A program made the translations under genes and the position numbers. Below the pieces are notes generated by a model that worked only from the letters and a program-made list of their open reading frames with translations, was not told the origin of the DNA and searched no databases. Source: Yuukianura sp. NJ FZ-2021 (lineage: Eukaryota). From it: a stretch of DNA of 64,000 nt. This document shows, piece by piece, positions 37,112 to 50,152 of the stretch. Location: the NCBI GenBank assembly GCA_046563655.1, contig CM102286.1:9982001-10046000 (forward strand). The letters are read 5' to 3'. Numbering within the stretch: position 1 is the stretch's first letter; the number at the start of each line of letters is the position of its first letter.

Positions 37112-37727
37112 TATGAGGTCAATGACCTCATAGGATAGCTAGTTTAAGTGTTTAGTTTAAATTAATTAAAACTAAATTTGTTAGGGCGAATGCCTATAAG
37201 TGTTGTTCTCCGTCTCCCTCCTCCTTTTGAGTTAGAAAGCAGAAGCCGACAGAGGAACTCAAGAAGATTCCTCCTGCAGCAGCCACGCCGTCAACAGCTC
37301 TGCCTTGCTCCGTCAAGCCACAAGTCTGCTTCGCCGGTCAACTGGAGGTCAACCAGGTCAAATCAGCGTGTGGCCAGTGATTGGCCTAGCCAGTGATTGG
37401 CTTGTGGTGGCCAGTGATTGGCCGTAGCCAGTGATTGGCCGTAGCCAGTGATTGCCCGTAGCCAGTGATTGGCCGTAGCCAGTGATTCGCTTTGTTGTGG
37501 CCAGTGATTGGCCTCCCTTCCCCCGGATCCGCATTTGAGTTGTTATGGCCCTTCAGGCCCATTAGGTTTAGCCCAAAGGGCTCGGTTAGCTATGTAGCTG
37601 AGGTTAGTGTTCAGTTTGCTACAATTTTAATAAAATCGTATCTCAGAGATCATCGGTTTTTGGCATTGTTTTTGTTTATTTAATTTTAAGAATAGAGTAG
37701 TGCAGTGAGCACTGCTCAAACCTCATA
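37112..37727 (+). mobile_element. Solo-LTR-like insertion with TA termini and a 4-bp TSD
   Basis: TATGAGG...CCTCATA flanked by ACCC on both sides; TATAAG box, AATAAA near 37629, internal 17-bp tandem repeats. Confidence 0.7.
37370..37515. repeat. ~17-bp tandem repeat (GTAGCCAGTGATTGGCC), about 8 core copies
   Basis: Repeated GCCAGTGATTGG units, most containing an inverted CCAAT. Confidence 0.9.
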
Positions 37728-38889
37728 ACCCCGAAAGGCTAGACCTAGGTTTGGACCTTTGTTAAGTGTAGCGTTTTTCTTGAAGAAACACTAAATCTGC
37801 CAGACGATATTTGTACAAAAAAGTGTCGATTTTCCAAAGCATCGTTTTACGGACTTGTAGAAGACTTGAGGCCGAATTAACAAAGCAACACATTCTGAGG
37901 GAACCAATTAGTGTCATTAAGTGTGTTGCGATTGGAATTTACGTTTTAGAATCAGGATCATACTACAGCTGTCGCGGATGTGCTTGGTGTCGCCAAAAGT
38001 TCAGTTTGTAGAATTCTAGATGAGTTTCTTCACACGCTTCTACAAAATCAAAATCAACTTTCCTATGTCTGCAAATGACCAAGGACAAACAGCTAATGAG
38101 TTTGAAGGAAATTATCAATATCCGGATTGTGTGGGAGCTCTGGACGGATCGCACATTCCAGGTTAAAAAAGATAGAATTAACTTTAGACATAAACTTGCT
38201 TATAATCTGTTTCTAAAATATTGTTTTTTTTTGTATTTGGTATACAGATTTCTATGAATCAATGTTGGTCAACCTCGGAAATGTAACGACGGAAATGCAT
38301 GGGGAAGTTCTAAGAGTGGTCAGGATACAAGCATAATTAGAGCACCATTTCATTTGATTGCGGATTCCGCTTTCCCGTTGTCGATAAAAATCATGAAGCC
38401 ATATCCAATACACGGTACCAATCCTGCACAAACTAACTTCAATTATCGTTTGTCAGAGCAATAATGACCGTCGAGTGTGCTTTTGGGGGATTAAAGGGTC
38501 AGTTGTGTCTTATTTTTTCAATTTACACGTGCAATTTAGTCATTGTATATTTTTATTAACTTACAGCTCGCTTTCGTATTCTCCTGGGACGATGCGATTG
38601 GAACTTAACTAAATTTGTGAAATGCATCTACGTTTGCAGTATCCTACATAATATCGCTGAAGAAAACAAAGAAATTTTTATTGAAGGATGGCTGAAACGG
38701 GTGGAGGAATTTGGCAATTGTATTCGACAACCTCAACAACACAATTTTAATGCCCCTAACCAGAACCTAGCTCGAGCACAAGGGAACAGAAAAAGAACAG
38801 GTATTTCAAATCAGCAGTTCTAAATAATTCAACTTACTACTAAAACCAAGTCAAAAAATTGCGAGTTTAGGATTAATCATTAACAACAC

Positions 38890-39340
38890 AATAAAATGGA
38901 ACGCGCACATCGCGTCCATTTCTAAGAAAGCATTTAGTGTCATCGCGTCCCTCTATCCTCTTCAAGGATTTCTTAACATTAAAAACCGAAAAACGGTTAT
39001 GGAAGCTTACGTTCTCTCCAAAGTTACATACATGAGTGAAATCTGATGAAAAGCAAACACCTTAAGACTATGGAAAAGGTTATTCGTTCTGCGGGAAGAT
39101 TTGTACTAAACGTGAAGAAATATGATCCAGTGAAGGTGAAGATTACGTCCGAATCGAACTGGCTTTTTCCCAAACACCTAGCTGATTTCCATACAACATG
39201 GTTAGCTTCGACTATCTTCTCAGAAAACTGGCCAAATTACTTTAAAAATTACTTCAGTGAAGTCGAATCTACTCAATCAAGCACAACAACTTGAAAGAAA
39301 ACTCACGTGTCAAACTTAAACAGTAGAATTCGCCCTCAAT
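38890..39340 (+). mobile_element. Non-LTR (CR1/L2-like) retrotransposon RT C-terminal fragment
   Basis: WNAHIASISKKA...L...AYVLSKVTY...EKV.RSAGRFV....KYD.V......NWL fits the post-RT region pattern. Confidence 0.7.
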
Positions 39341-39489
39341 TCTTCAAAGCAAGTGTTTCCGTAAGTGGATGGAAACGAAAGAGGATGTGCGGAGTCTTAC
39401 CAACCAGACGGCCATTAAAATGAAACTCAAAGACCTTTTTCTGAAAGCTCAACACGAAGAACACGAGCGCCGAACTGATTTTGAGAAAG

Positions 39490-39900
39490 ACGAAGAAGAT
39501 TAAAAATTGTTCTAACTTCTGTTTTTTAAGGGTAATCAAGTCGGCCATGTTTTCATTCATTTTTTTCATTTCAAGTAACAAGTCATTGTCCATTTTCATC
39601 TTTTCATCCTGATCCCGCTTGTCAGTTTCCTCAGTTTTTCTCAGAAACTCGTTGATCTGAGCCGCAGCATTCTTACGTTTTTTTTCTGTTTTATCAAAAA
39701 GTACATCATAATTTTTGCCGGTTGAATTCGCTTCGCCAAGATTAGGACCTTAAGATGAAACCTTAACCTTAGATGAAACTTACGAATTCATTTTAACACG
39801 GTCCACGCTGATTTTTGAAGCTGATGTAGAGGGACGGTCAGGGTCCGCTTCCGGTTGAAAAAGCTGGTCGGTGTCTTCTTCAGATACAAGCGACAAACTA
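39490..39900 (-). mobile_element. Probable Harbinger second ORF (C-terminal charged coiled coil), convergent with the transposase
   Basis: KKRKNAAAQINEFLRKTEETDKRDQDEKMKMDNDLLLEMKKMNENMADL; position and orientation are typical of Harbinger ORF2; no Myb domain seen. Confidence 0.45.
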
Positions 39901-40842
39901 ACAACAAGCGAGTCGGACATCGTAGACCAGATACAAACGGATGTGGCTAAAATCAAATAACGAGCTATGAAACCTCTCTAAAGATCTTATATCCCACGTG
40001 CAAATTATCCCCCACCACTAGGATTTTCATTGTGAAGTTTTTTGACCAAATTTAGTAAATTCTATTTTCATTTCCAAGTGTTAATGAAAATAAAAATCTA
40101 CCTCTGTGAGGATGAGTTTCGAATAATTGAGATAACTGGTTCAAGTTTCATGTTCATTTATCGTCAGGACGCAAGAGAGTGTTTGCGTAAACGAATTTTC
40201 TGATAAACCAGAACCAATGATATCGTTTGTAAAACGAGCCCTGACGCTTGCGGATCAAGTCACTTTAACTCTTTAAATTTGAGATAGCTTTGCATCATTT
40301 GAAAAGTATACGTAATGTAAAAAGGTATTAAAAAAATAATCTTATTGCATCTAATTGCTTAAAACAAAAACTAAAGTCATTACTCGCTCATGTGCCACCA
40401 TAGAATTTGTACATACGGTGAGGTTCTCTAATTTAAAATTTTAGTTATCTAATTAATTACAAATTATTCAGGACTATTATAAAATTTCTAACACAACAGA
40501 ACTGTATTATAAGTAATAAATTTCATCCAATTCTTTTCCGGGAGTAATAGTTCCGAGGATTGAGGCTGAATTCCCATTAATTACATGTTTGAGGATCAAA
40601 TCCTCACACTGGGTCACGCTAGCTTCAGCTTATACAGTAACATTTGCAGTTCAACAGACTGTAACTTTGGCGGGCATTGTTAAGTGGGACTTATTGCCCC
40701 CACCACTTACAACTTAAATTGAAGTAAGAGAATTGGCTTCTAATCAAAAGTCAAATACTAATGTTTGTTTTATTTCAGATAACCAAGTCCGCTTTATAAA
40801 GGTCAAGGTCATGGAGGTCAAGTTCGCTGAAGAAAGGCCACT

Positions 40843-41146
40843 TGTGTGACCTTACTTCGGCGTAACCTAAACCTAAAAGGCCTAACCTAACCCGCCAAAC
40901 TTCTCTTCAGGGAGGAAGATGTAGCGGCCTTGTCCCTTTGCCCAAGTTTCTTCCCATTTCGTCATTGGTTAGTTTAGTAAGTTAGGAGGAGTTAGGTTTT
41001 CGTTCTCTGCTGCACGGACGGCGATCCACGTCCAGCAGTAAGCTCCAGTTAGTTTAGTTAGTCCTATTTCTGCTATCGTTCAGTTAGAATTATAGGCCAA
41101 GAGCCAGGTTGTTTTTGTGGAGCGAATAAACTCCGCACCACTCACA
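40843..41146 (+). mobile_element. Short solo-LTR-like sequence
   Basis: TGTG...TCACA termini, AATAAA near the 3' end, weak TSD CCACT/TCATT. Confidence 0.4.
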
Positions 41147-43445
41147 TCATTGTTGTTCATCTGCTCCGTTTATTGACCTTCGGTGGATTTCTGGCTTGCG
41201 GTGGAGCTGGGCCTTCTGCCCTGAGAGAGGTGGTCTGAGAGGCCATTTTGGGAGTTTTGAGTAGCCTAGTGCTACAACTGTTCAAAGTGCAATGAAGGCA
41301 CTTTTGAATGACTTTTGAAGTTCTAAGCCTGTTCAGTCTCCATGGCATAAAAGGAAAAAGGCCATTCCAGAAATCGTTTGTCTACCAAGTTGTTTTGGGG
41401 AAGTTCTATGTATACTTACATTTGATTAGAATAATCAATTAATAATGTCTTTCTTTGTCGTCAAGGCACAGGAAATGTTGGCGACTGCTACTCCGGAAAT
41501 TAGGTTATACCAGTTAGGTTTTTGTGAGATGCGGCGGAGGAGTCGCGGGAGATTTGAGATACGGTGTGGAATATATTTATGCACGCCCTCTTTTCACAAG
41601 TGGATATTTATTTCAATGAAAAACTTGTGTCCACAAGCAATAATGGCAACTCATATTGCGCGTACATAGAAACATTGCTTTGCTACAGAAAGGACTAAAA
41701 CCTCCCAGGGTGGATGTGCTTTGTACTATGAAGAAACAATTATTGGAATGGCGGACTCGATTACAATCTTTAATTTGTAATAAAAATTACTAACAATTAT
41801 TATTACAATTATTTATCACAACAGCTGGTACTAGATCCCGCAAATCATGGTGGTGGCGCAGAGATGAATCTCAGGGAAGGCAGCCACATCGGTCAAGACA
41901 TCCACGTCAAGTGGCACAAATTCAAAGGCAAGCACTACATAATGGTACGACACTTCGTCAATGGAACTGTGGAAGACGTGGAATCAACATTAGACTAATT
42001 TGTTGTCCCTCGACGAGCAAAATATACAAAGACAAAGAGGACTTTCTCTCTCCCTCAGTTCGTTTTCGTAGATGTTCCAACGAGACAAAAAAAGCGAACA
42101 GGAAATTATTTGAAGTTGGGTTCTCATAAATTCAACTTTAGGCAGCTGAGTTAAAATGAACCTGTTTGTAGTTACTAAAAATAAACGCTGAATTATTTCG
42201 ATTACTTTCTTTGAATATCTTGACGATGTCGACATTGAAGACATCTACAAGACATCTACTTAAAGACTTTAACATCTACGTGTATCCAGTTATCGATTTA
42301 CAGGAGTTTCACCATAAAGTGTACGAAGAAAGACATGAAGAGTTTAAGTCAATGGGATTGGCTACAATGTGTCATCACTTACTCAAAATTACACTAGCAA
42401 ATAAGGTCAAGCAGCAGATTTGTCTACGAGAAACAAAATCGGTAGATTACCGAATGAGTTATTTGAGTACGCATGATTGGACACATATTACTTAATTTCA
42501 CTTTCGAATGTGTTAGTGGAGAAGATTGAGGTGGATGTGCTCGACAATGACCTCAGGAAGCAGTTTTCGGCCGAAAATACCAATAAAAAATTTCAAATTT
42601 CTGCAAAGAGATACAGGCATTGCTCAAACCCACTAAAACTTCATTGGAAGCTGAGTTGTCAAAGAATATGCTTGCTGCAAATCAAATATGCCAAGCTATA
42701 TTTCAAACATTATACATGGGGACAAAGTATCGAGCTAAAGACCTGGATGAACAAGTATTTCAAATCTTAAACAGCGAAATTATTGCGGCTATTGCCAAAA
42801 AAAAATCACCAATTACAGTTGAAGAATTACGACAAAATATAAAATATTGGACACCTTGCCGGGAGTGGATGAGACAGGGGATAAGGAGAGAAGAGACAGA
42901 AAGTTATCTTGTCTCATCTCCAAAATTTCTTGTCGCGGGGATAAAAATTGGGTTTTTGTCTCTGGCCAGAGACAGGGATAAAACTAACTTTTAACTTTCC
43001 CACCAAAAAAGTCACAAGTTTTGCAAAATCAAAACCCGCTGAAAGCCTACTCAAGATTTCTTTTAACTTTAACTTTTCGTTTACTTAAGAGCATTTTATA
43101 TTCAACAAGCTTAATTTTTAACTTAATCATCTACTTAATTATCATAGTATATCATAATTAAATAGTTGAATCTGAACTACACTGAACACACGGATACTTT
43201 GGAGTCACCAAGAATGGACAAGGTAGGTATCACCTAAAAAGTGTATGAAATTGTTCAAAGTTTGACAGTGGAACTGGCAGTAACTAACGTTTTCACTGTT
43301 ACATTTCAGGCAACTAATCGGTCATCACAGCAAGTGTCATAGTTTCTAATCAACGACAACATGAACTCAATGCTTGGCCTTTCTTTTGACCTAAAATCGC
43401 TGCTCAACATCCTGAAGCGCATTATGACTGAGTACAAAACTGATC

Positions 43446-44200
43446 AGCTGCGTTAGGTTATTAGGTTATGACTAATGTTGATTGTAGGTCATTTAGGTAG
43501 TATAAATACGGTCGGTTTAAGACAGCAAAGTAGTGCCGCGTAGAAGTTTCTATCAGTAGGAATTAACTGTTAAATATGTTTATGTTACTCTTCCATTTTT
43601 TACGAGAGCAAAATCCAGTTCCTATTTAGTATGCAATTTAGTCTTTTGTCTCTTTCGACGAAAAGTAGTATCTTTCCAGATATACCAAAAGTGATATATA
43701 TACCGATTATGTTAAGTTTCACGATTTGCAACTTATGTGTTTAGTCTTTTGTTCAGTTTGCAAGTTTATGTAAACCTCATGTTTTGCCTTTTGTCAAGTT
43801 GAGTTGATTATGTAAGTTATGAGTTTCGTTCTTATATTAGAGTTCAATGCTCTATGCAAGTTATGTGTAATGTTCAGTTCATGTTTCAGTTCTAAATTTA
43901 TCTTAGTCGACAGTTTCAGACCCTATAAATACAGGTTACACCCTATGTTAGAGTTACTCAGCAGAGTCAATTCTGTCTGTCTGAGCAATTGGTTTGCTCT
44001 GATCTCCAGCCTTGGTGGCTAGATGCATGTATTTCGTATTCGTACGTTTCAATAAAAGCATGACCTATGACCTTTGAAAGTTGTGAGTTATTGTCCTGGA
44101 GAGTCAGTTATTGAGTAGGTCAGATCAGTATTGGCATTTAGTAGGTCATTCGGGTCAGGCTAAATGAGTTTTAGTCGGGTCAGTCAGCGCAACCGCAACA
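43446..44200 (+). mobile_element. LTR-like remnant
   Basis: CCTATAAATA box near 43922, AATAAA near 44051, ends CGCAACA; 5' boundary and TSD not resolved. Confidence 0.4.
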
Positions 44201-45604
44201 CATTGTTCATTTCCTTAACTTTTTTCTATAAAAGTGGAGAAATCATCTAAAACTTGGAGACAAATTTAGGAGGGCAGGAAGAACCGGCTACAAGGAAGTA
44301 GGTATTAATTGATTATAGCAATTGATTGCCATCGTGGGAACCAAATTAAACACAATGTTCTAATATACTACTATTTAGCACCGTCAAGACTCCGTATCAT
44401 CATCGACGTAAATCTCTACACATCGACGACTACCGGAAAGACGTGGAGCGCAACAGAAAGCAAACGGCAGAACAGCCGTAAGTTTAGGAGTTCGTTTCTC
44501 GTGAATAAACAAACGTACAATCCAATTATGCTTGCGCTGGGTTTTGTTAAAAGCCTGTAAGCATAATTTTCATCTCAGAGTTAGCGGGCAGGGATGATAT
44601 TCTAGTAGGGTCGTAAGTCGAATAGTATCTCTTCCCGCTGGTAAATTCAAAATTTACCAGCGTTTCGATTCATAAAACGGGTTGCAGGGGAGCTAGTAGG
44701 TGGCTGTTAACTTCTACCAGCCGCCTTTCTTTCTCCATTGAAAGAGCTGAGAAAAGGTCTCAACTCTTTCTCTTTTCGTATTCATAAAGAGCTCCGCCCC
44801 CTCCTTGTATCTTAAAATTCCTAGTAAAGTTAGGGGTGCCTCGGCCCACCCGTAACTATTTACCAGAAGCTACAGATGATGAGTTTAATCAACTAACCTA
44901 ACTTAATAAACTTCAAAATGCTACCTAATCACGAAGATAACGCTCGACAACGATAACTGAACCCTATGCTGATTTCGCACTAACTAGTTATTGCCCAATA
45001 ACCCTACAAATAAAGAATTTGCACAAAAATGACCCCATTTTATTTGACAAGGAGCGAAAGTTGGGTTCAGCACGCAATTGAACCCACGAAATTGGAAATC
45101 CGCGCCATCCGAGCAAGGTTTCCTTGATGGAACCCATTACTGCAAAGATAAACGATATGTGAATTGTTATGACATGTCAAGGCTAATTGAATAGGATTTT
45201 CTGGCATGTTTTTGCCTTTTCCTATGTCGTCCAGTGTTTTGATTGGCTTTTGATTCTAATATTATCAAAAGTAATGTAATTAACTAAAAACAGACACTTC
45301 ACCAATTACAATACAAAAGTGGAAACAAAAACGTATGATTCAAAGTCAACAGAGTCGAACTTGAATGCATGCGCGGAGCTATGCTCACTTCGCCCACCTC
45401 ATAAGTTTGGAGAAAGCTTTCTCCAACTTACCAGGTTTCTCCCAAAAGTTTTATGAATAAGGATTAGCCGACGCTGGTAGAGCCGACCGATAGTTTCTCT
45501 GTAAGGTGGCAGGATTTAAGACCTTTAAGAGAATATAGTCCCAGGGTATTTGTTGCTTAGCAATGCACGTGTATATTTACCTTGACGTCAGAACACTATT
45601 ACTA

Positions 45605-46683
45605 CAGTGCGGCTAATTACCCCCAGTAAGTAAATGCTTTCCCGTGGGTGGGAAGGAAACTTTCTTTGCGCGCGGAAAATGCGCGGCAAAAGTAACTCAA
45701 ACAAAGAGAAACACAAAACTGTGTTTATCTTCAGTCTCTCATTTTGTTAATTCATTTAACTTAATTTCAAGATTTCAATTCGTTGTTTTTTGGTATTCAC
45801 CGATTAATTAAAGTGATTACGACCAATCGATTAACGCACACTACCCACACACCGTTTCAGTCACCGCCGGCTAACCAAAACAAGGCAATTGAACTGTTTT
45901 TACTAAACTTTGTCTGAGAAAACAGAGAACGTAGAAATTAGAAATTAACAACATTTAATTGTCTTGTGTAATTGACAGTTTAAAAGGCCAGTTGCCAGTT
46001 CTCGTCAGTCGCGGTATGTCTGTCGCCTACTCCAAAAATCAGCGAATCAGAATCGTCCAACTGCGCTGCCAACATTTTAACGAATCCTGCACGGACGTAA
46101 TGCATCGGTACAACGTTGATCCTGTTTCGCTCGATCGTCCAATAATTTATTCCAAAGATGTGAAGGCGATCATTGACAAATCTGAAGAAACTGGCTGTGT
46201 TGACTCGTCACACCGAACTAAAGGAAGCCGTTAACTGCCTGCTACTGCCGGAAACACTTCGGCAGTTGTCGTAGCCGCTTTTGAAGCAAACAACCACACG
46301 ACAACAAGGAAGGTGGCTTTGGAATGTGGAATCTCACCTGGCTCTGTACAGAAGATCGCAAAAAAACACAAGTAACTGGCCGTACAAAGTTCAAGTACAC
46401 CAGCACCTTAAGACGACTGACTATTGGTAAAGAGTCGACTTTGCTCAGGATTTGATACCGAGAGTTTTGAGTATCTGCGTTAATTGATTAATGTTTATAA
46501 GGTTACTAACTGTGTCAATTAATTATTGGTAACTTTGATTTACTAACTGTAATTAAACTTAAATTCGTTTCGTTTGATTAAAAAAAAACTTTTTTTTTTG
46601 GAAGCCCGCGCAAAACTCGTCGTTTCGCGCCTTTTTTGCTTGAAATTGGAGAAAGCATTTACTAGGGGGAATTAGCCGCACTG
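45605..46683 (+). mobile_element. Internally deleted Tc1/mariner element
   Basis: TIR CAGTGCGGCTAATT.CCCC / GGGGAATTAGCCGCACTG with TA TSDs; transposase N-terminus ...KSEETGCV...TTTRKVALECGISPGSVQKI...PYKVQVHQHL...D...RV.FA; catalytic domain missing. Confidence 0.9.
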
Positions 46684-47468
46684 TACCATAGATGCTCCTA
46701 CCCTATCTGCAGTCTGAACGAGGCTGCGACGCCACTACACTGGTGCACGATCATAATAGTATTTTATTCACTATACTGCATATTTCACATGGAATATTGT
46801 TCGGGACTAACTAATTAATTTTAAAATAGCTTAAAAATTTTAAAAATCTATAAACTATTAAAATTTTTGTAAAAATTTAACAAATTCATCTTAAATTTCT
46901 AAAAAACTTTGACATTTACGAACTGCTATTATATATAATAGCAGCATCGATAATTCTTGTCCGTAATGGTGCACATGCACTTACATTAGGTCCTTTCGAC
47001 ATACGTTAATCGAATGAAAGTTGCCAACGCCCTTCTTAACTTTATTGTATTGCCACACCCTTTTTAATCCTATTAAATTGCCACACCCTTCTCCCACTTC
47101 GCAGTAGCACATACAGCAAAATAGACGCATTTGGCTAAAACCAATTTCTAATATTGTGCAAAAATGTACACGACGACCTACTTTCATTTGTTGAATTGAA
47201 GCCACTACAACAGGCTGCAGAGAGCGGTAGAATTGTATTCTATGAGAATCATGCCATCGATCGCTTTGAGTCCATTAGTAGTCTGAAACCTCAATCTCTG
47301 TCCATCTTCTGTGGGAAAGTTAGTTATTTCCTGGGCACTTCTGTTTTAAGGGAATGAGATGGCATTGCGGAACAACTAAGGATCGATTATGCGAATTGCT
47401 TCTAGGGAATTGAAAAATATCCAAACCTGGTTTTGTCCACAGGTGTTTTTAATTTGAGACTATTAGTA

Positions 47469-50152
47469 TGTCATGAAATGACCGTTCCAACTCAGCGCGA
47501 CTCCAACTTCACATAATCGAAACACGCAAATCTTTTAATTAGTGTCTTTTGTCTTTTTGTAAAAATGTAAACTAGAAACCGGATTGTACTAGTTAGGTCA
47601 CTGACATTGTGTGTAAAAATAGACTTTTGCTTTACAAATATTCTAACTAGGAGTAACTTGTAACGCCTATCTTACTCCAGTGGTTTCCGGTCTGGGCCCT
47701 ATAAAAGGACCCATCACCGCCTGTACATACAACTCATTCTCTACTGTGACTCTGCTCCGCTTGGACAGAGTTCACCTTTACTACTCGCCAGTTGACCTCT
47801 GCGAGGTCAAACTGGACTTTTCAGTTTTCTTTTAAATTGAATAAAAAAAAGTTCATTCTACTCCGCACCAAGCGGAGAACCTAAAACTTGTAGTGTTGTT
47901 CGTTTCTTTTAGGCCTGAATGGCCTATTTCACTACAATTGGTGGTCGGGTCGCGTTGGAATCAACGGGCATTGACCTCCACAGGGTCCGCTATAGGCGTT
48001 GACCACAGACCTTATGGCGGTGGTCCACTCGGTGCCTCTTTTGAAGGCAAAGACGAGCGTTGACCTTTTGACCCTGAGGTGAGATGCTGTAGCATCCGGT
48101 GCTTTGGATAGCAAATTGCTAGTCCAAGAAAAAGCACAAATTGGAGGCGTTGATTTGCACGCCAAAAACAAAGGGAATTACGTTGACCCTGAGGTCACGT
48201 AAGGTCAAATTTTTATTTTTTACAAAAATCGTGTTGACCTTGAAAGTTCAAGTCCAAAAGACAAATTTGTTTGACCCCTAAGAGGTCAAATACGACAAAA
48301 TTTTGAAAAATCATGTTGACCTTGATAAAGGTCGAATAAAAATAATTCTTTTTGACCCCGATGAGGTCAAATTTTCAAAATTTATGTTAAACAAAGAGGG
48401 GAGGGTATGCAATGCATTTAGCATTGCAGTGACCCCGATTGACCCCGCACAAATAAACTTTTTCTTTGTAGTTTTGTTACAACTCAGAGCAAAACTCAAA
48501 TACCAAACACAATTTATGTCAACTTTGTGAGGTGAAATGCTAATCACCTGAAATAAGTTAATTTTCAACTCAAAAATTTTTTTTGACTGCAAAAAATTGA
48601 CAAAAACAAGCAAGGGCACAATGCCCTCTATTTATAACATTCTGTAATTTTCAGAATGAACATGAAAACAAAAGTCAAATTGACAAAACAATTCCAGAAG
48701 TTGAAATACTTCGTAAAAATTCTCATTCAAATTCAAAATTATATGCCGATATTTGTCGGAATTCTCTTGATTTCAAACAAATTTTAACAAAACTGGTGAG
48801 TTTGCCCAGTCATGTTTCCAAAAATTAAGCAATTGACCTTCAGCCCAAAATCCATTTCAGAACTCAAAATGCAGGGTTCGAAAAATATGGAGGGACATGA
48901 AGGCATTGCTAATTTCAACAGACTAGGGTAAACAAACCCAAAGAATTTATTAAAAGTTACACAATTGATATTAAATTACCTTTGTATGTCGACCCCAGTT
49001 TCACAAGTACATGTTAAAGAAAGATTTTCAGTGCGAAAATTAACCTCTGAGATTTGTTGAAACTGCGGGAACTTCAAAAGTTGTTCAAATTCAAGTAATA
49101 ATTGTCATCTTAATTGCATCTGATTGTTAAAAACAAAAACTAAAATCATGATCTTCTTATGCGCCGCCATTGAATTTGCTCAAAAACGCAGTCGGCGAAA
49201 GCGATCGAACTGCAGAGTTAAATGGTGTGCGACATGTTTTTCATGAAGAATAAATTTGTTTTCTTACAAAAAGTTGCAAAAAGACTCATTTCTAACTCAG
49301 AAATTCAAAATCATGTCAAAAATTCAAAATCCCAAAAAGGAAACTCATAAAACAACAAGAATACCAAGCTGAAAAGCTTAAAATCGTTTCCTTCACCTCA
49401 TCAAAACCAAGTCAACGAACCTATGCGGTTAGTCATGGAACAAAAGTAAGCTGACCTTTGACCTTTTCGCAATATGCAAATAAGGTTGTGTCATGTTCCA
49501 TGCCCCGCTCTCTATTACAAACATTTTTTCAACTTTACATTATTTCATTTTCATAATTTTTCAATTTTACTTAATTTTATTTTTATTTTTTTAGGTGAAC
49601 TTAGAGCCCGCTGATGCACTGGACTCCCTCCATGTCAAACTCCGAACGAACTCAGGAGAGTTCTTACTCTCAGGAGGGAGGAATGTCATGAAATGACCGT
49701 TCCAACTCAGCGCGACTCCAACTTCACATAATCGAAACATGCAAATCTTTTAATTAGTGTCTTTTGTCTTTTTGTAAAAATGTAAACTAGAAACCGGATT
49801 GTACTAGTTAGGTCACTGACATTGTGTGTAAAAATAGACTTTTGCTTTACAAATATTCTAACTAGGAGTAACTTGTAACTCGTTTCTTACTCCTGTGGTT
49901 TCCGGTCTGGGCCCTATAAAAGGACCCAGCACCGCCTGTACATACAACTCATTCTCTACTGTGACTCTGCTCCGCTTGGACAGAGTTCACCTTTACTACT
50001 CGCCAGTTGACCTCTGCGAGGTCAAACTGGGCTTTTCATTTTTCTTTTAAATTGAATAAAAAAGTTCATTCTACTCCGCACCAAGCGGAGATCCTAAAAC
50101 TTGTAGTGTGTTGTTTCCTTTCTTTTAGGCCTGAAAGGCCTATTTCACTACA
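47469..50152 (+). mobile_element. Complete non-autonomous LTR retrotransposon (2684 bp; LTRs 47469-47936 and 49684-50152)
   Basis: Direct repeats TGTCATG...CACTACA, 4-bp TSD AGTA, PBS-like TGGTGGTCGG at 47939, PPT AGGAGGGAGGAA; no gag or pol inside. Confidence 0.93.

Larger units (their letters stand above)
37063..38823 (+). mobile_element. PIF/Harbinger transposase pseudogene with introns, interrupted by a solo LTR
   Basis: REPISV.KCVAIGIY.L, VADVLGVAKSSVCRI, CVGALDGSHIP, G...CND, LIADSAFPL...MKPY, FNYRLS, VECAFG.LK|ARFRIL, CSILHNI. Confidence 0.9.

Noticed and set aside
37370..37515. Repeat array as a possible CRISPR
   Set aside because: Units are head-to-tail without unique spacers, sit inside an LTR-like element, and the context is eukaryotic with no cas genes.
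41650..42870. Decayed ORFs, possibly BEN-domain or oxygenase-like
   Set aside because: Coding-like but fragmented, with no diagnostic motif recognised with confidence.
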